Made by a program: the position numbers and the translations under genes. Source: Octopus vulgaris (taxonomy: Eukaryota). Taken from it: 64,000 nucleotides of DNA. The stretch covers positions 72,540,001-72,604,000 of the forward strand of contig OX597833.1 of assembly GCA_951406725.2 (NCBI GenBank), read 5' to 3'. Below are positions 13,036-26,645 of the stretch, piece by piece. Numbering within the stretch: the stretch's first letter is position 1; each line of letters begins with the position of its first letter. The notes below the pieces were generated by a model. The model ran no database searches. It was given only the letters and a program-made list of their open reading frames with translations, and had not been told where the DNA came from.

Positions 13036-14514
13036 GATTCAGCCAACTCAGTCGCTTCTCAGTGAATGACAGATATCAACACTGGGAAGTGAGAGATGAA
13101 AACAGTGTGAATCCTCTTATGATGTCTTTGTAAAATTCTTTACAGAAAGAGTTCTAATAACTGAAGTTAACATTAAAAAAAATAAGTGAATATCAACTTA
13201 ACAGAAATCAGTGAATTCTATAGCTTTTCAAAATAAACTGTTTAGCATAAAATTTATGTAAAATAGTTTGGTCAATAATATATGATGCAAATGAAAATCA
13301 ATTTTGGCTGATTGTATAAGAATTTTTTTCAATTTTGAGCAAAAAAATTAATAGAATCTAGCATAAAATTGAACATTTGATTTGATCTGAATAAAGTGAT
13401 TCTAGAAACTTCAGTTTTCCTGATGAGTTAAAATCACATTTGTCAGTTTTTTTTTTTTTATGTTTACAAACTGCAAACACTGAACAGAGTCAAATGTACT
13501 CCAGTTATTCCTTACCAATTTAATGAATTAAATTTATCAAAGATCACTCCTGGTGTAATTATATCTTATTTTTAATTGTATAATAGATTTCTTCAATAAA
13601 TATCCATTGTAGATTGAATTTGTTAAAAACTGTGTTTGAATCAAAGAGTGAAGTGATGCTGTTTATTGCTGTTATTATTGATCAATTTTACTTTGTGGTT
13701 GACCCAATTAAATGTCTCTTAACTCTCACACTATAAACCTGTTGTCAATGACTAGACTAATACAAAGTTATGTAAGAGTGATAACCAGAGCAAATGAATC
13801 TGGCGAGACATTGGGAACCGAATAATATTGAAGGGAAATATTGAGAGGAGATAAATCAATGGTTGATAGACAGATACACAGCAACGTACGCATTTGGGTG
13901 CTCAGATGCAGAATAACTAGAGCTGGGCCACCAAGGATGAGCTCATGCTGCCATTTAAAGAAGGATCCTTATGGCATGGATCCCGTAGCCTTATCATGGC
14001 ACTGCAACCTCTAACCAGGGAAGAACATGAAGGCAAGTATTCTACATTCCGATTGTCTAAATTGCTCCTTAAAAATCTGCTGGTCACAAGTAGTGTTAAT
14101 CTTTGTGTCTGTAGGTTCTGTACAACAAGCTGAGTAAAGCCAGTTATCATATCATAACCTCTGATAGTTTGGCTGATACTCCGAGTTTCAAAAGAATCTG
14201 GTGATTAGAAATTGTGACATGACAGGACCAAAGACAAAATTGTAAAATTAGGCCAAAAAAAATAAAATAAAACCCTCCTAAAACACTGTAATTAAATGTG
14301 CAAAGGATGAGTCTAATATTGTTGCAGGGAAAATTATACATAAAGAGCAAAACTGACTTGGACTGGGTGGAACAAAGGGTACAGAAAATGGAGAGCAAGG
14401 CAGAAAGACATTTTATTCTTGTTTTATAATATAATCCTCACACGTATATGTATATATACCATCATCACCACCACCATATATATAATTATGTATTGTGTAT
14501 ATGTATATATCAAT

Positions 14515-15032
14515 ATGCATGTATGTATGTATGTATGTATGTATGCATGTACGTATGTATGTATGTATGTATGTATGTATGTATGTATGTATGTATGTAT
14601 GTATGTATGTATGTATGTATGTATGTATGTATGTATGTATGTATGTATGTATGTATGTATGTATGTATGTATGTATGTATGTGTGTATGTATGTATGTGT
14701 GTATGTACGTATGTATGTATGTATGTATGTATGTATGTATGTATGTATGTATGTATGTATGTATGTATGTATGTATGTATGTATGTATGTATGTATGTAT
14801 GTATGTATGTATGTATGTATGTATGTACGTATGTACGTACGTATGTATGTATGTATGTATGTATGTATGTATGTATGTATGTATGTATGTATGTATGTAT
14901 GTATGTATGTATGTATGTATGTATGTATGTATGTACGTATGTATGTATGTATGTATGTGTGTATGTATGTATGTATGTGTGTATGTATGTATGTATGTAT
15001 GTATGTATGTATGTATGTATGTATGCACGTAT
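14515..15032. repeat. (GTAT)n tetranucleotide microsatellite, about 0.5 kb
   Basis: Read directly; explains the MYVC/HTYI ORFs. Confidence 0.98.
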
Positions 15033-15156
15033 GTAACATGGCTACACTACCTTACGACTGACATTATATGGAACTCTTGTAATTTATCTCCAGCCTGCAT
15101 GAATTTAGTTACTAAAGAATTTCAATCATTGAAGCTTTGGAATGAGGCAAAATTGA

Positions 15157-15200
<44 letters not shown>

Positions 15201-15681
15201 TAACATTATACAAATATTGATTTCAAATTTTGATACAAGGCCGGAAAGTTCTGGGGAGGGGGTAAGCCAATTACATTGACCCCAGTACACAACTGGTATT
15301 TATTCTATTGACCCTGAAAGGATGAAAGGCAAAGTCAACCTTGGCAGAAGTTGAACACAATACTGCTAAGCCTTTCGGCTGCCAAAGATTCTGCCCCCCT
15401 CCTTACACTATACAAATATCAACATGTAGAAATTGCAGCCAAATCTCCTACAGTTCTCACTCTAACACCTTCAAAACAGAAGGACACATTGCATAATGTA
15501 TTCATTGAAGGGATAGTCAAGACTAGAATGCCTTTGGTTATGGGTCCTTTTCATCTGGTCAAACCTATGTTTGGTGAGACAACAATGTCTCACCAATTAG
15601 GGATCAACCAAATGGTGGTACCATCCTTGAAATAATGGTACAATTTCAATAATATGGTAAACATCGTATGTTATAGTAATT

Positions 15682-15804
15682 AATATGTAATATAATCATG
15701 TTATAGAATGTGATAAATATGTAATATAAACATGTTATAGAATGTGATAAATATGTAATATAAACATGTTATAGAATGTGATAAATATGTAATATAAACA
15801 TGTT
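15682..15804. repeat. 34-bp minisatellite, about 3.6 copies (aatatgtaatataaacatgttatagaatgtgata)
   Basis: Near-identical tandem units read directly. Confidence 0.9.
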
Positions 15805-17679
15805 TATATGAATGCAGTGTGACATGATAGATGTTATATAACATGATAAATAATGGCAAATACATATTGGGTTGGAAAAGTCAGCCTTTGACTTTGTCTA
15901 TCTAAAAGGGTTTCTCAATCCAATATTTGAAGGCTATTATTTATAGCTTTATCATCTGCTTTCAGATACAGTTTCAAAAAAAAAAAAATTTTAATTTCAC
16001 ATTCCCTCAAAAGTTTATAAATTCTTATGATGTCAACAACCTGATAAATGTCATAAATGTTACGTAATACGGCAAAAGATAAATAGCCTCGGTTGTTTGG
16101 CTTAGCATTCTTGTCTTCTTTTCTCCCATCAGGTCAATGAATGACCTTGGCAAACACTGCATACTTGTTGGGAAGTTTTTGTAAGATGAAGAAGAAACAG
16201 GGGGTTACCCGGGTAGCTTACTTGGAGTATTTCTATTTTTCACAAGATATTATTTTGTCAATTATACACACTTATTCAGAATCAAATATTCTCATGAGAA
16301 GGGCAGAGGGTTGACAGAATTGGTGAGGGCTTCAAAATAACATCCCTTCCTATATTTAGAGAGACCTTGTGGCAATCTGATTTTGAGCATTAACATTCAT
16401 TATTACAGGTTTGATAAAATAAAGTCCCAATGAGGAAATGTGGTTGTGTCTTCACTGACTCTATTCTCCCACAAAATTTGAGGCGTTTTGCTGTGTTAGA
16501 AACTGGTATTTAGTGATGACACAAAGTTCAGGGTTGATGACTTTCAAACCTTGGTGAAGACCCTTTTCACCTTCATCTTTTGTCATTCACCTTTCCCAGA
16601 ATCAACAAAATTAGAAGCAGTCAGATTTTTCACCATGTTCCCTTCCCACTTTCAAAATCTTTTGTCATGGAAATATTACTAGAAAGTGATATTTTTTATG
16701 TGTTGTGGAGCAGGAAAAATGTTGCAGTAAGTGGAAGCCAGAGAGCAGGGTTCAATTTCTGGTTAAAAATTTCTTTTCATCTTATGCAGTAGCATAAATA
16801 GAATCACACACACTGTCACACAAACGTATCCATCAATGGGTGATTAATTAGTATTAACGTATTGTTATTGTTTACCCCCAAGACAAGTCTCATTTGAGAA
16901 ATCCTATGATCAAAAGCATTCTAGCTATGACCATTCTGTCTGTATATGTCTATGACTATATTAAAATAGTAGGGTTGCTAGGTTTGTTGTCGTTGTTTAT
17001 TCCCAAATTAGCTTCGATCAAGATGGGCCCCGATCTGAAAGATATCTGTTATTCAGCTGCAGTGTCTCTAGAACTCTGTGTTCCCTTGTATTTTTAAGAG
17101 GGCTGGGTGTGCTTTAGTGGAGATTTCGCTGGTTTTTAGCAGATCAAGTAACCGTGTAGAGTCTTCCCCAATGGGTTCTTTGGATTGGGTGTGAAATACT
17201 GACATTAACCATGGAAGAAGGGTGAAGCGAAATAGCTGAGATTTGAAAGTGGATCATCAGGATATCAATCAATCAATCAATCAATCAATCAGTCCATTGG
17301 CCTATTCATCCATCCACCCATCTGTCCCCATTTCAAACTGTAAACATTAAGGGTTGCAATTAAATACCACAAGGTATTTTCTCTGATCCCCCACCTACCC
17401 ACCTACCCACTGTCTGCCAATAAACACAGGTTGGAGGCCATTTACCTGGGAATATGAGACCTGGAAAGTGTTTTCTGTTTATATCCCCCCATGCCCTCCA
17501 CCTCCGCAACACAACAGGTCTGTTGCTGCTTTAAGTTTGTTTGAGAACTTCTGATGAAGATGCAGGCAGACAGGCAGACAGACAGAGAGAGAGAGGAAGG
17601 GAGGGAGGGTGGAGAGGGAAGTGACTGACAGAATCGTGCGTGAAGCAGGCACCGGCACCGCCAGGCTGGCGTTACTCAC

Positions 17680-17760
17680 CTTAAATGAAGATTCCAAGAA
17701 CTCACAGTGTCGATGACTCTCTTCGACGACCAAGACGAAGGAGGCAGCGAAGAAGATACG
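17680..17760 (-). promoter_or_regulatory. Candidate non-coding 5' exon / alternative transcription start of the minus-strand gene
   Basis: Consensus donor AAG|GTGAGT at 17680/17679 inside a local CpG-retaining, non-TE patch (about 17630-17760), next to a (CT)n tract on the minus strand. Confidence 0.5.
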
Positions 17761-17873
17761 AGAGAGAGAGAGAGAGAGAGATGTGTAAAGGAGATGTCAT
17801 TCATACCAGGCATAGCGCTACATTTACGCATTTATAGATATATATATATATATATTCATGTATACACATATAT

Positions 17874-17908
<35 letters not shown>

Positions 17909-18054
17909 CTAGGTGATTGCTCTACCATATGCATTAGTTCTATTTCAATGTTCTATTTATAACCAACATTAGTAACATTCCATTCTCCCACCTCAGTTGC
18001 CTTTTGTTCATTAAAGATTGGCTCTTAAATTAGTTTAGAAGTAAAACTTGTAGG

Positions 18055-18124
<70 letters not shown>

Positions 18125-18385
18125 CAAACATAATAAGTCAAGAGGTATTAGAGGTGAGTATATTTATTTAGCAACTTGTCATCCTTAAGGTTACACCTGT
18201 TTCACAGCCTTCAGCATGTAATAAGAATTTCAGTGTACAACAAATTATGTCAGCGTGTCTGCACCAATATGCATTCTACAATACAATTGTATATCTACAA
18301 ATTGGTGCAGACAAAGAAAGATGGCTCATCAGATCACCAGAACATTCTGCTTACACCGTACCAGAATTTATATCCGTTAATCAGC

Positions 18386-18417
<32 letters not shown>

Positions 18418-18653
18418 TTATCTATAGTTGTGATAATGAACAAAAGGAAAAGTCCTTAATACCATGGCAGAATATAACAAATGAATTGGGCTGACCCACT
18501 TGGCTCCTCCTCTGGAGTTTATCCAATCTCAAGCTGATTCTTTGGACAGAATAAACTGGATAAAAATGCAGGAAGATCTGATTTGTTTCAATCCAGTTTA
18601 TTCTGCCTGATGAACCAACTTGTCACTGGCCAAACTCTGCAGGAAAAGCTAAG

Positions 18654-18731
<78 letters not shown>

Positions 18732-18744
18732 ACACACATTGGGT

Positions 18745-19175
18745 CTGTTGTGGATATAAAGGAAGACTTATGGCTGTTGAATCTCATTCTGAAAGGACCT
18801 TCTGTCACACCCACCTATTTTCACCTGTTTGACTGCTCATTAGGCTCCTTTGACATTACCTCTGTCTTATATATAACTGTGTCCATATTGCAATGGCTGT
18901 TAAGAGGACATGTAGTGTTGCCTCTGCATTAGCACCTTGCCTCTACCTGCCAATAATTTGTTTTTACATTTAGTGCACAGTTAAAGGAAACTCTTAAAGT
19001 ATATCTATAAAAAATTCCACCAAACTTATTCATATGAAGAAAGTGTTTATCCACTAAGCAAAGGAAGATCTTACCCATACAAGGGAGAAGGGTGAAGTTG
19101 GCTGTGAACCACAAGATTTTCTGGTGACACTTTGTCTTGGTAGAGTTTGGGTTGGACATGTAACTAATCATATCC
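18745..19175 (-). mobile_element. Penelope-like retroelement remnant (linker and GIY-YIG endonuclease region), frameshifted
   Basis: Successive frames give KILWFTANF...MGKIFLCLVDKHF...IFYRYTLRVSFNC, CRGNTTCPLNSHCNMDTVIYKTEV and GVTEGPFRMRFNSHKSSF. These follow the PLE motif order IIWFNPP / CxxxxxCPLxGxC / GIY-YIG. Confidence 0.8.
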
Positions 19176-19277
19176 TTAAAACTGTTGGCAGCTAGAGCTT
19201 TGTTATAAAAAGGGGCAGTAGCACAGAATATCTCATTACCTGAAGATAAAGGCTAAAAAAACCCAAAAAACAAAAAT

Positions 19278-19329
<52 letters not shown>

Positions 19330-19359
19330 GTTGCTGCTACTACTACTATTACTACAATG

Positions 19360-19570
19360 AGCTGGCAGAATCATGAGTGCATTGAAAAGAATGCTTTGTG
19401 TTATTTCTTGTGACTCATTTCATTCTGAGTTCAAATCCTGCACAGATCAGCTTTACCTTTCATCCTTGCAGTGTTGATAAAATAAGCTCTCATCAAGTAT
19501 TGGGGTTGATATAATTTACCTGACCCTTCCCTCAAAACTGCTGACCTGGCGCTAAAATTTGAGTCCAATA
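19360..19570 (+). mobile_element. Decayed tRNA-headed SINE
   Basis: gagctggcagaatc...ttctgagttcaaatcc...cctttcatcc...gataaaataag. Confidence 0.65.
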
Positions 19571-21094
19571 TCGTTATTACACATATAATGTGAATTTATA
19601 TACATACATACATACATACATACACACACACATACGTGTGTGTGTGTGTGTGTAAAATAATGAAAAAAAACCAACATAGGCCTTGATTTAGTACTCCTTT
19701 AATTAATCTGTTATATATGTTTCAGTATCCTGCAACACATGACATCACACAATAGATGCAATCACATCGTCAGACAATTGGAAAAGTGACAAACAAACAT
19801 AACTGGTTTATTCCACCCCAGTATCTTGCCAACTGGCTATTTTCTCGCTTGTCCCTCCCCTCCTATAAGGTCCTGTAAGTGTGACCTACATCCCCATACT
19901 CTGCCCTACTGACTAACCCCTATCCTCACAAACACCAGTGCACCTCTTCCTGTGGCCCCTCCACCCCTGGCCTGGTACCTCCTGGGTATTTAGATTTCGT
20001 TACAGCTTGTTTGTCTCTTGTGTTTCTTTTTCAATTGTCTGATGATGTGCAACAACAACAACAACAACAAAGCCCTTAAAATAACCCATAATGGAAGTGA
20101 GGCCAATGTATTAATTCACATTTTGTTTAAACAGTGGCGTTAAGTAAAGTAGAAGAGAGAAAGTGACTTGGAAATGTAAAACGTGTTGATGTTTGTATGT
20201 GACGATGGGCAATTAGGAAATATAATGGAAGGAGGCTTGGATGAGGACAAGATCATGTGATCCAGTGTACAAGGTTGGCTTCGTCAAGATCACAAGATCA
20301 TGTGATCCACCAGACTGTTGGATACTGTTATACATCACTGGTCACAATGCACTTTGCATCGTTTTAGCTTTTAAATGATGCTACCCTGCTGACTAGATGA
20401 GTAGGCCTGGCTGAACGCACACACACACACCCCACCACCTCTTTCACATGATCTCTCCTTCCTTGCACACTCTCATTTCCCTATTACTCCCTTAATCCCC
20501 CATCATCCTTATTCTACCACCACCACCACCACCACCACCAAAACCATTTCTCCTCCCTGATTGAATCACTTGGCAACAGGAATACATCTAGTTGACCGGT
20601 GAGGACAGTGTTGTGGCTGTCATCCAGTGATGAAATCAAAGTGAGACTAATGGAACATCTAGTTTCCCTTACCTGTTCGTCACTTGCACAGGTAAGAATA
20701 TAAAGACCACATGACAAGTGGAAGGTGCTGATTAAGGTTTGCCAATCATGAGACTCATAAGGTGCAAGAATGAGCCAACATGAAAGGCTCTATGCGATCG
20801 ATTGACTTGCTAAAAATAGCAGCCAAATCTGCCTCAACTCATACCTTATTGTTTTAAAAAAAGAATAGACAATTCATTGGTGAAAGTAGTTCCTAAATGG
20901 AAAGAGGATTGAAATTGGGACACTTGTTATTACAGGTCTGGTCCAATAGGACAGCTGACGTAGGGTTAAACAACAGCAGCACTGCTTCCTCATTAAGCAA
21001 TCCTCTTCAGGTGCCCCCTCTACCTCAAGTTATTTTCGAAGTTTCACCAAGTGAATTCTTGAGTAATTGAACATATTATCTTTATTTTTTTTTA

Positions 21095-21150
21095 CATCCT
21101 CCTCCTCCTCCTCCTCCTCCTCCTCCTCCTCCTCCTCCTCCTCCTCCTCC

Positions 21151-21226
<76 letters not shown>

Positions 21227-21233
21227 CGTCGTC

Positions 21234-21267
<34 letters not shown>

Positions 21268-21305
21268 TCGTCATCACCACCATCATCACCATCATCATCA
21301 TCATC

Positions 21306-21339
<34 letters not shown>

Positions 21340-21403
21340 CCACCACCACCATAATCATCATCATCATCATCACCACCACCATCATCATCATCATCATCAT
21401 CAT

Positions 21404-21435
<32 letters not shown>

Positions 21436-21452
21436 TCATCACCACCACCACC

Positions 21453-21484
<32 letters not shown>

Positions 21485-21667
21485 CATCATCACCACCATC
21501 ATCATCATCATCATCATCACCACCACCACCACCATCATCATCATCACAATGTTATTTCTCATTCTTATCCACCACCATCCATCATCATCATCATAACCAC
21601 CAAAAAGAAAGAACAAAAAGAAAGAAAAGAAGAAAGCAAAACATTTCTTTTTCATCATCATCATCAT

Positions 21668-21699
<32 letters not shown>

Positions 21700-21736
21700 T
21701 CATCACCACCACCATCATCATCATCATCATCATCAT

Positions 21737-21768
<32 letters not shown>

Positions 21769-21799
21769 CCACCACCATCATCATCATCATCATCATCAT

Positions 21800-21831
<32 letters not shown>

Positions 21832-21975
21832 TCATCACCACCACCACCTCCTTGTTCACCCCCGTCATCACCACTCTCCCCACCATTTATAGTCATTCAC
21901 ATATCTATTTATCCAACAGTAATTCTCATCATCATCATCACCACCACCATCATCATCATCATCATCATCATCACC
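21095..21975. repeat. Compound (TCC)n/(CAT)n/(CAC)n trinucleotide array with alternating blocks
   Basis: Read directly; source of the poly-S/M/D/G ORFs. Confidence 0.97.
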
Positions 21976-22324
21976 CCCCACACACACATACAGAGATAAC
22001 AACACTTACACACACTCTAGCAACAAGACTGTCATATAATATAATTAATCTTTTATGCACAGCAATACCGTTTGTATTGAGTCCTTCAGTTGAATTGGGG
22101 AAGCACCTAGTCTTATGTCTTATGCGTGTGGGTTGTGTACATATGTAAATAGTCACACACACACACACACACCCATTCATGCCCCCCACCTCATTTGCAT
22201 CAGAGGGTGGGGGTGGTGCAGAGACGGGGGGGCAGGGAGCTGAGGGGGGGGGGGAGAAGGAACCTGTTTCCTATCTACAAACTTTAAAAAAATTGTTAGC
22301 TGACACCATTACAATCCACCTCCT

Positions 22325-22503
22325 ACCACCACCACCATCATTATCGTCATCATCATCATCATCATTATCATCGTCATCATCAAACGTTAATGTTACACTT
22401 GGATACGCTCCCTGAACATCCTTGCTGAATTATCTCACCTCACCATCATCATCATCACCACCATCATCATCATCATCACCATCATCACCACCATCACCTC
22501 ACC

Positions 22504-22565
<62 letters not shown>

Positions 22566-22615
22566 CATCACCATCATCACCATCATCATCATCATCATCA
22601 TCATCACCATCATTG
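22325..22615. repeat. (CAT)n/(CAC)n array
   Basis: Read directly. Confidence 0.95.
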
Positions 22616-23214
22616 TTTCTATCTTCCCTCCTCCCTTGGCTGCCATCCCTAATCACAACTACATCCATCTTTACTCAACTCGCTACAACATCCAACCCCC
22701 TCTCTCCCCCACTTCAATATAACGATCCTCAAAAATATCATAACCACCACCATCATCATCAACACACTAACCATCACTAGTATAGCTATGGCATTATCAC
22801 CACCACCACCACCACCACCACCGTTTGAACCCTCCTCTACCTCCTCTTCCTTCTCGTTATCTCTCCTACCACAATTATCAACCATCCCCTATTCTAGTCA
22901 TCATCTCCAATAACAGAGTTATGCCACCTCCCCCACCCCATCTCAGCACAGTAATCATCATTACCATCTTCAAAGAATATCATCATCATCATCATCATCA
23001 TGACTCTTTCTCTCTCTCTCTCCCTCTAGTACAAACTCTATCCGCAAATCCCTCCACCACCACCAAACAACAACAACAACAACAACAACTTCTAATGTGA
23101 TGATATCAACCATCATCATCAACATCATCATAACCATACCCACTATTGCTTTTACTTTCCCTATCACCTATTTATATCATCATCATCAACACCATCATCT
23201 CTGTCATCATCATC

Positions 23215-24535
23215 ATCGTCATCGTCATCGTCGTCGTCGTCATCATTTAACATCTATTTTCCATGCTGGCATGGGTTGGACTGTTTGACTGAAAACTGGC
23301 AAGCCAGGGAGCTGTACCAGGTTCCCATCTGATTTGGCAAGATTTCTACAGCTGGATGCCTTTCCTAACACAGGCCACTCCAAGAGTGTAGTGGGTGTTT
23401 TTCATGCACCATCGACCACAACTACAGTCTCACTTGGCTCGACAGGTCTACAAAGGTCTTGGTCACCTGCCACTGCCTCATAGCTAAATCACTACCAGTA
23501 CTAGAGAAGATTCAGGTGTGGTCCTTTCTATGTGCTTCTGGCACAGGTGCTAGTTAGATGGCACTGGTATCAGCCATGGCTATGAGTTCACTTGGCTTGA
23601 CAGGTCTTCACGAGCACAGCATATTGCCCAACGTTTGAAGGGTGCTTTTAACAGGCCAGTTAAGTGACACTGGTACCGGCCATGATACGATCTCACTTGG
23701 CTCGATGAGTCTTCTCGAGTATAGCATATTGCTAAAGGTCTCGGTCCCTTGTCATTGCTTCACCACTTTGTCCCATGTCTTCCTGGGTCTACCTCTTCCA
23801 CAGGTTCCCTCCACCATTTGAGTGTGACACTTCTCCACACAGCTGTCCTCATCCATATGCATCACATGACCATACTGGTGCAGTTGTCTCTCTTGTACAC
23901 CACATCTGAAGCCTCTAATGCCCAACTTTTCTATGAAGACGTTTACACTCTGTTGTGCATGCACACTGACATTGCACATCCAGTGAAGCATACTAGCTTC
24001 ATTTCTTATGAGCCTATCCATGTCCTTGGTAGTCACAGCCCATGTTTCACTGCTGTGCAACATGGCTGTTCACACACAGGCATCATACAGTCTGCCTTCC
24101 ACTCAGAGCAAGAGACCCTTTCTTACCAGCAGAGATAGGAGCTCTCTGAACTTTTCTCAGCCTATTCGTATTCTAGCAGCTACACTCTCGGAGCATCCAC
24201 CCCTGCTACTGACATAGTCACCTAGGTAATGGGAGCTATCAACCACTCCTAGTTTTCCCCTTAGCACGTGATGGAATCTATTTTCTCTACATTTTTCTAC
24301 AGATTGAACAGGGCCATCTACCTGAAGGGATTTGTGACTTGTCTGCCTTCCTACTTACTAAGACTGATTTTTGCTAGATTAACTCTAAGGCCCTTTGATT
24401 TTAGACCTTGCTTCCACACCTGAATCTTCTCTAGTTCTGGTAATGAGTCAGCTATGAGAGCAAGGTCACCAGCATAGAGGATTTCCCAGGGGCAGCCTGT
24501 CTTGAATTCCTCTGTTATTGCCCAGAGGACTGTGG
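23215..24535 (-). mobile_element. 5'-truncated RTE-clade LINE: reverse transcriptase C-terminal half, 3' UTR and (GAT)n tail
   Basis: EFKTGCPWEILYAGDLALIA (degenerate YADD box), GLRVNLAK, MLHSSETWAV, YGHVMHMDEDSCVEKC and GRGRPRKTWDKVV are RTE hallmarks; stops and frameshifts are present. Confidence 0.9.
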
Positions 24536-25640
24536 TGAACAATGTGAATGACAACAGCCTTATTAATATAAAAAACAGGAATGGAAAAAAAGGTTTGACT
24601 TTGCCTTTCATTCTATCTGGATGAATAAAATGAAGCAGCCCCTCCCCCACCAAATTTCAGACCTTGAGCTTATTAGCAGAAAGGGTCATCATTATTATTA
24701 CAACAACTGACCCCCATCTACCACCACATCCCAAGCTCAATCTGCTAGAAATAACAGCCAAGTCTCTCTTGAATTACATCCTACTTTTGTAAAAAGAAGC
24801 AGACATATTTGGCAATACAGTCCTTCCCACAAATGCAAAAAACTGGATGATCGTGGCTGGAACACTTTGCTCAGTCAGGGCCGACCTAGGGTTAAACAAC
24901 AGCAACAACATCCCCCCCCCTCTTTCTCAATAGTTTTGCCTCTTCCTACATCATCCAAAATGGATGAGGATTGGTAGAAAGAAGGAAGTCGGATTCTGCT
25001 TCCTAATAGTATTAACTTCGTCAGTCATTAATCATAAGTCGTTGTCGTCATCGTCATCATCATCATCATCATCACCATCACCATCACCATCATCATCATC
25101 ACCTATGTATCCTCACCCCCACCACAAGCGATCTTGTTTTATCATTGTCACAGTCCTCTAATTATTGCTACAGCCCTCCTCCTCCTCCTCATAATAATAA
25201 TAATAATAATAATGATAATAATAATAATAATAACAATAATAACAACAATAATAATACATGTTGAATGTTTTGCATTTTCTTATCTGATAGAATAAATAAA
25301 TAAATAAATAAAATGTCCCAAAATATAAATAAACGAAAAGGTTAATGGCACAAATCTAGCAAAAAGATTTTATTTGATGGTGGGGGTGAGGTATAGAGGA
25401 GGGGGAAGGTCAGATGTGGTGAGTTGAGGTGGGCAGAAATGGATGTTTTCTCATCTCTTCTGAGAGAACTATTACAACCAATGAGGAAGAAAGAGAAGAA
25501 GAGAAGAACAATAGGAAGAATTAAAGAATTAATAGCAGAGCCACAACAAAAATAAGGAGCCATCATAAATTTTACTATTATTATTATCATCATTATTATT
25601 ATTATTATTATAATTATTATTATTATTATTATTGTTATTA

Positions 25641-26180
25641 TTCAGTGAGAGAGCAGTGCATGCCATCAAAGTGACACTGGGATAAAATATACTAAGCCCA
25701 GTATACCCATCATGACTACCCGTCTGATAAGGGTACACCAGGCACATACATCACAACCATGTGTGCACGACATGGTGATCTCATATCAAGATAAACAGCA
25801 CGTGACCTTGCAGGTGGGGCCCAGTTAGAATTTTCTTCTGGTCGAGTAACCCATCCCGCTCAAAAGGTCCCTGAATAAGGATTGTTTAAGGATGTTGAAC
25901 AAAACCACCCATGTTTCCAGAGGTGAATTATTCAAACCCCAAAGAATCCCTCTCAACACATGGCTATGATGCTCCCCCACTACTTCTGCTCGTGATCAGA
26001 GATGCACAAATCGTCAGTCACCAAGGGACATGCTCAACTGGTTATGGTCAAACAACTGACAAGCAAATATTTGCTGTAGTCCATCTTTTATACCAAAACA
26101 AAACAATGTATATGATAACACTTCGAATCAGTTAAGATCAGAAGCCATGAGAGCCACTGCCTGGTACTTCAACAGGGCAT
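25641..26180 (-). mobile_element. About 540-bp unclassified interspersed element embedded in (AAT)n
   Basis: A complex, higher-GC block with sharp ends, bounded on both sides by (ATT)n tracts; no coding signal; strand is inferred. Confidence 0.5.
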
Positions 26181-26421
26181 TTATTATTATTATTATTACT
26201 AAGGTAGTGAATTGGCAGTTATTGGAAATTTTGACTAGAATACATTGATATATTTATTCCTGTGTGTTGTGTTTTGAGTTTAAATCTGGTTGAGCTCCAC
26301 TCTTCTGAGGTTGATGAATAAGGCCATCACACCCTCGTACACCACAAGCTTCTGCTTGTCAACCTCTGCTCAAGTTGCCATGCAGTGGGACTGAACTTGG
26401 AACCATGTAGTGAGAAGCAAT

Positions 26422-26645
26422 CTACAAGGCTGGGCTGAGAAGTTCCTAGGCAGTGATGCTAGAACTGAGAAATCTTACCTGCGTTAATTACAACTCTTCT
26501 TATTAATAATTAGCATTGTTTCTTTTCAGATAAACTGACATCTGACCGTTCAAAAGACACTTCAAAAGTAACCAGTATTGACTTGCTGTGAAAATGGACA
26601 AAATTTGGCATTGTGGTGCTATCAAGTACTTGCAGAAAAAGTACT
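26422..26645 (+). mobile_element. 5' fragment of a mariner element (left end and transposase start MDKIWHCGAIKYLQKK)
   Basis: TA followed by caaggctgggctgagaagttc, a TIR-like start, then a mariner-like N-terminal peptide; interrupted by an RTE tail at about 26660. Confidence 0.55.

Noticed and set aside
13415-13440. Other isolated CTGATGA occurrences (also near 17551, 20040, 50860, 52108 and 63200)
   Set aside because: No properly placed stem II plus GAAA and cleavage triplet; expected by chance.
13850-14400. Possible decayed LINE fragment on the minus strand (similarly 8300-8870 and 16100-16300)
   Set aside because: Similarity is too weak to assign a family or boundaries by eye.
14413-15203. 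170-250-aa ORFs in several frames
   Set aside because: Translations of (GTAT)n, which contains no stop codons.
21067-22668. Poly-Ser/His/Met/Asp/Gly ORFs
   Set aside because: Trinucleotide arrays with no splice signals or unique coding sequence.
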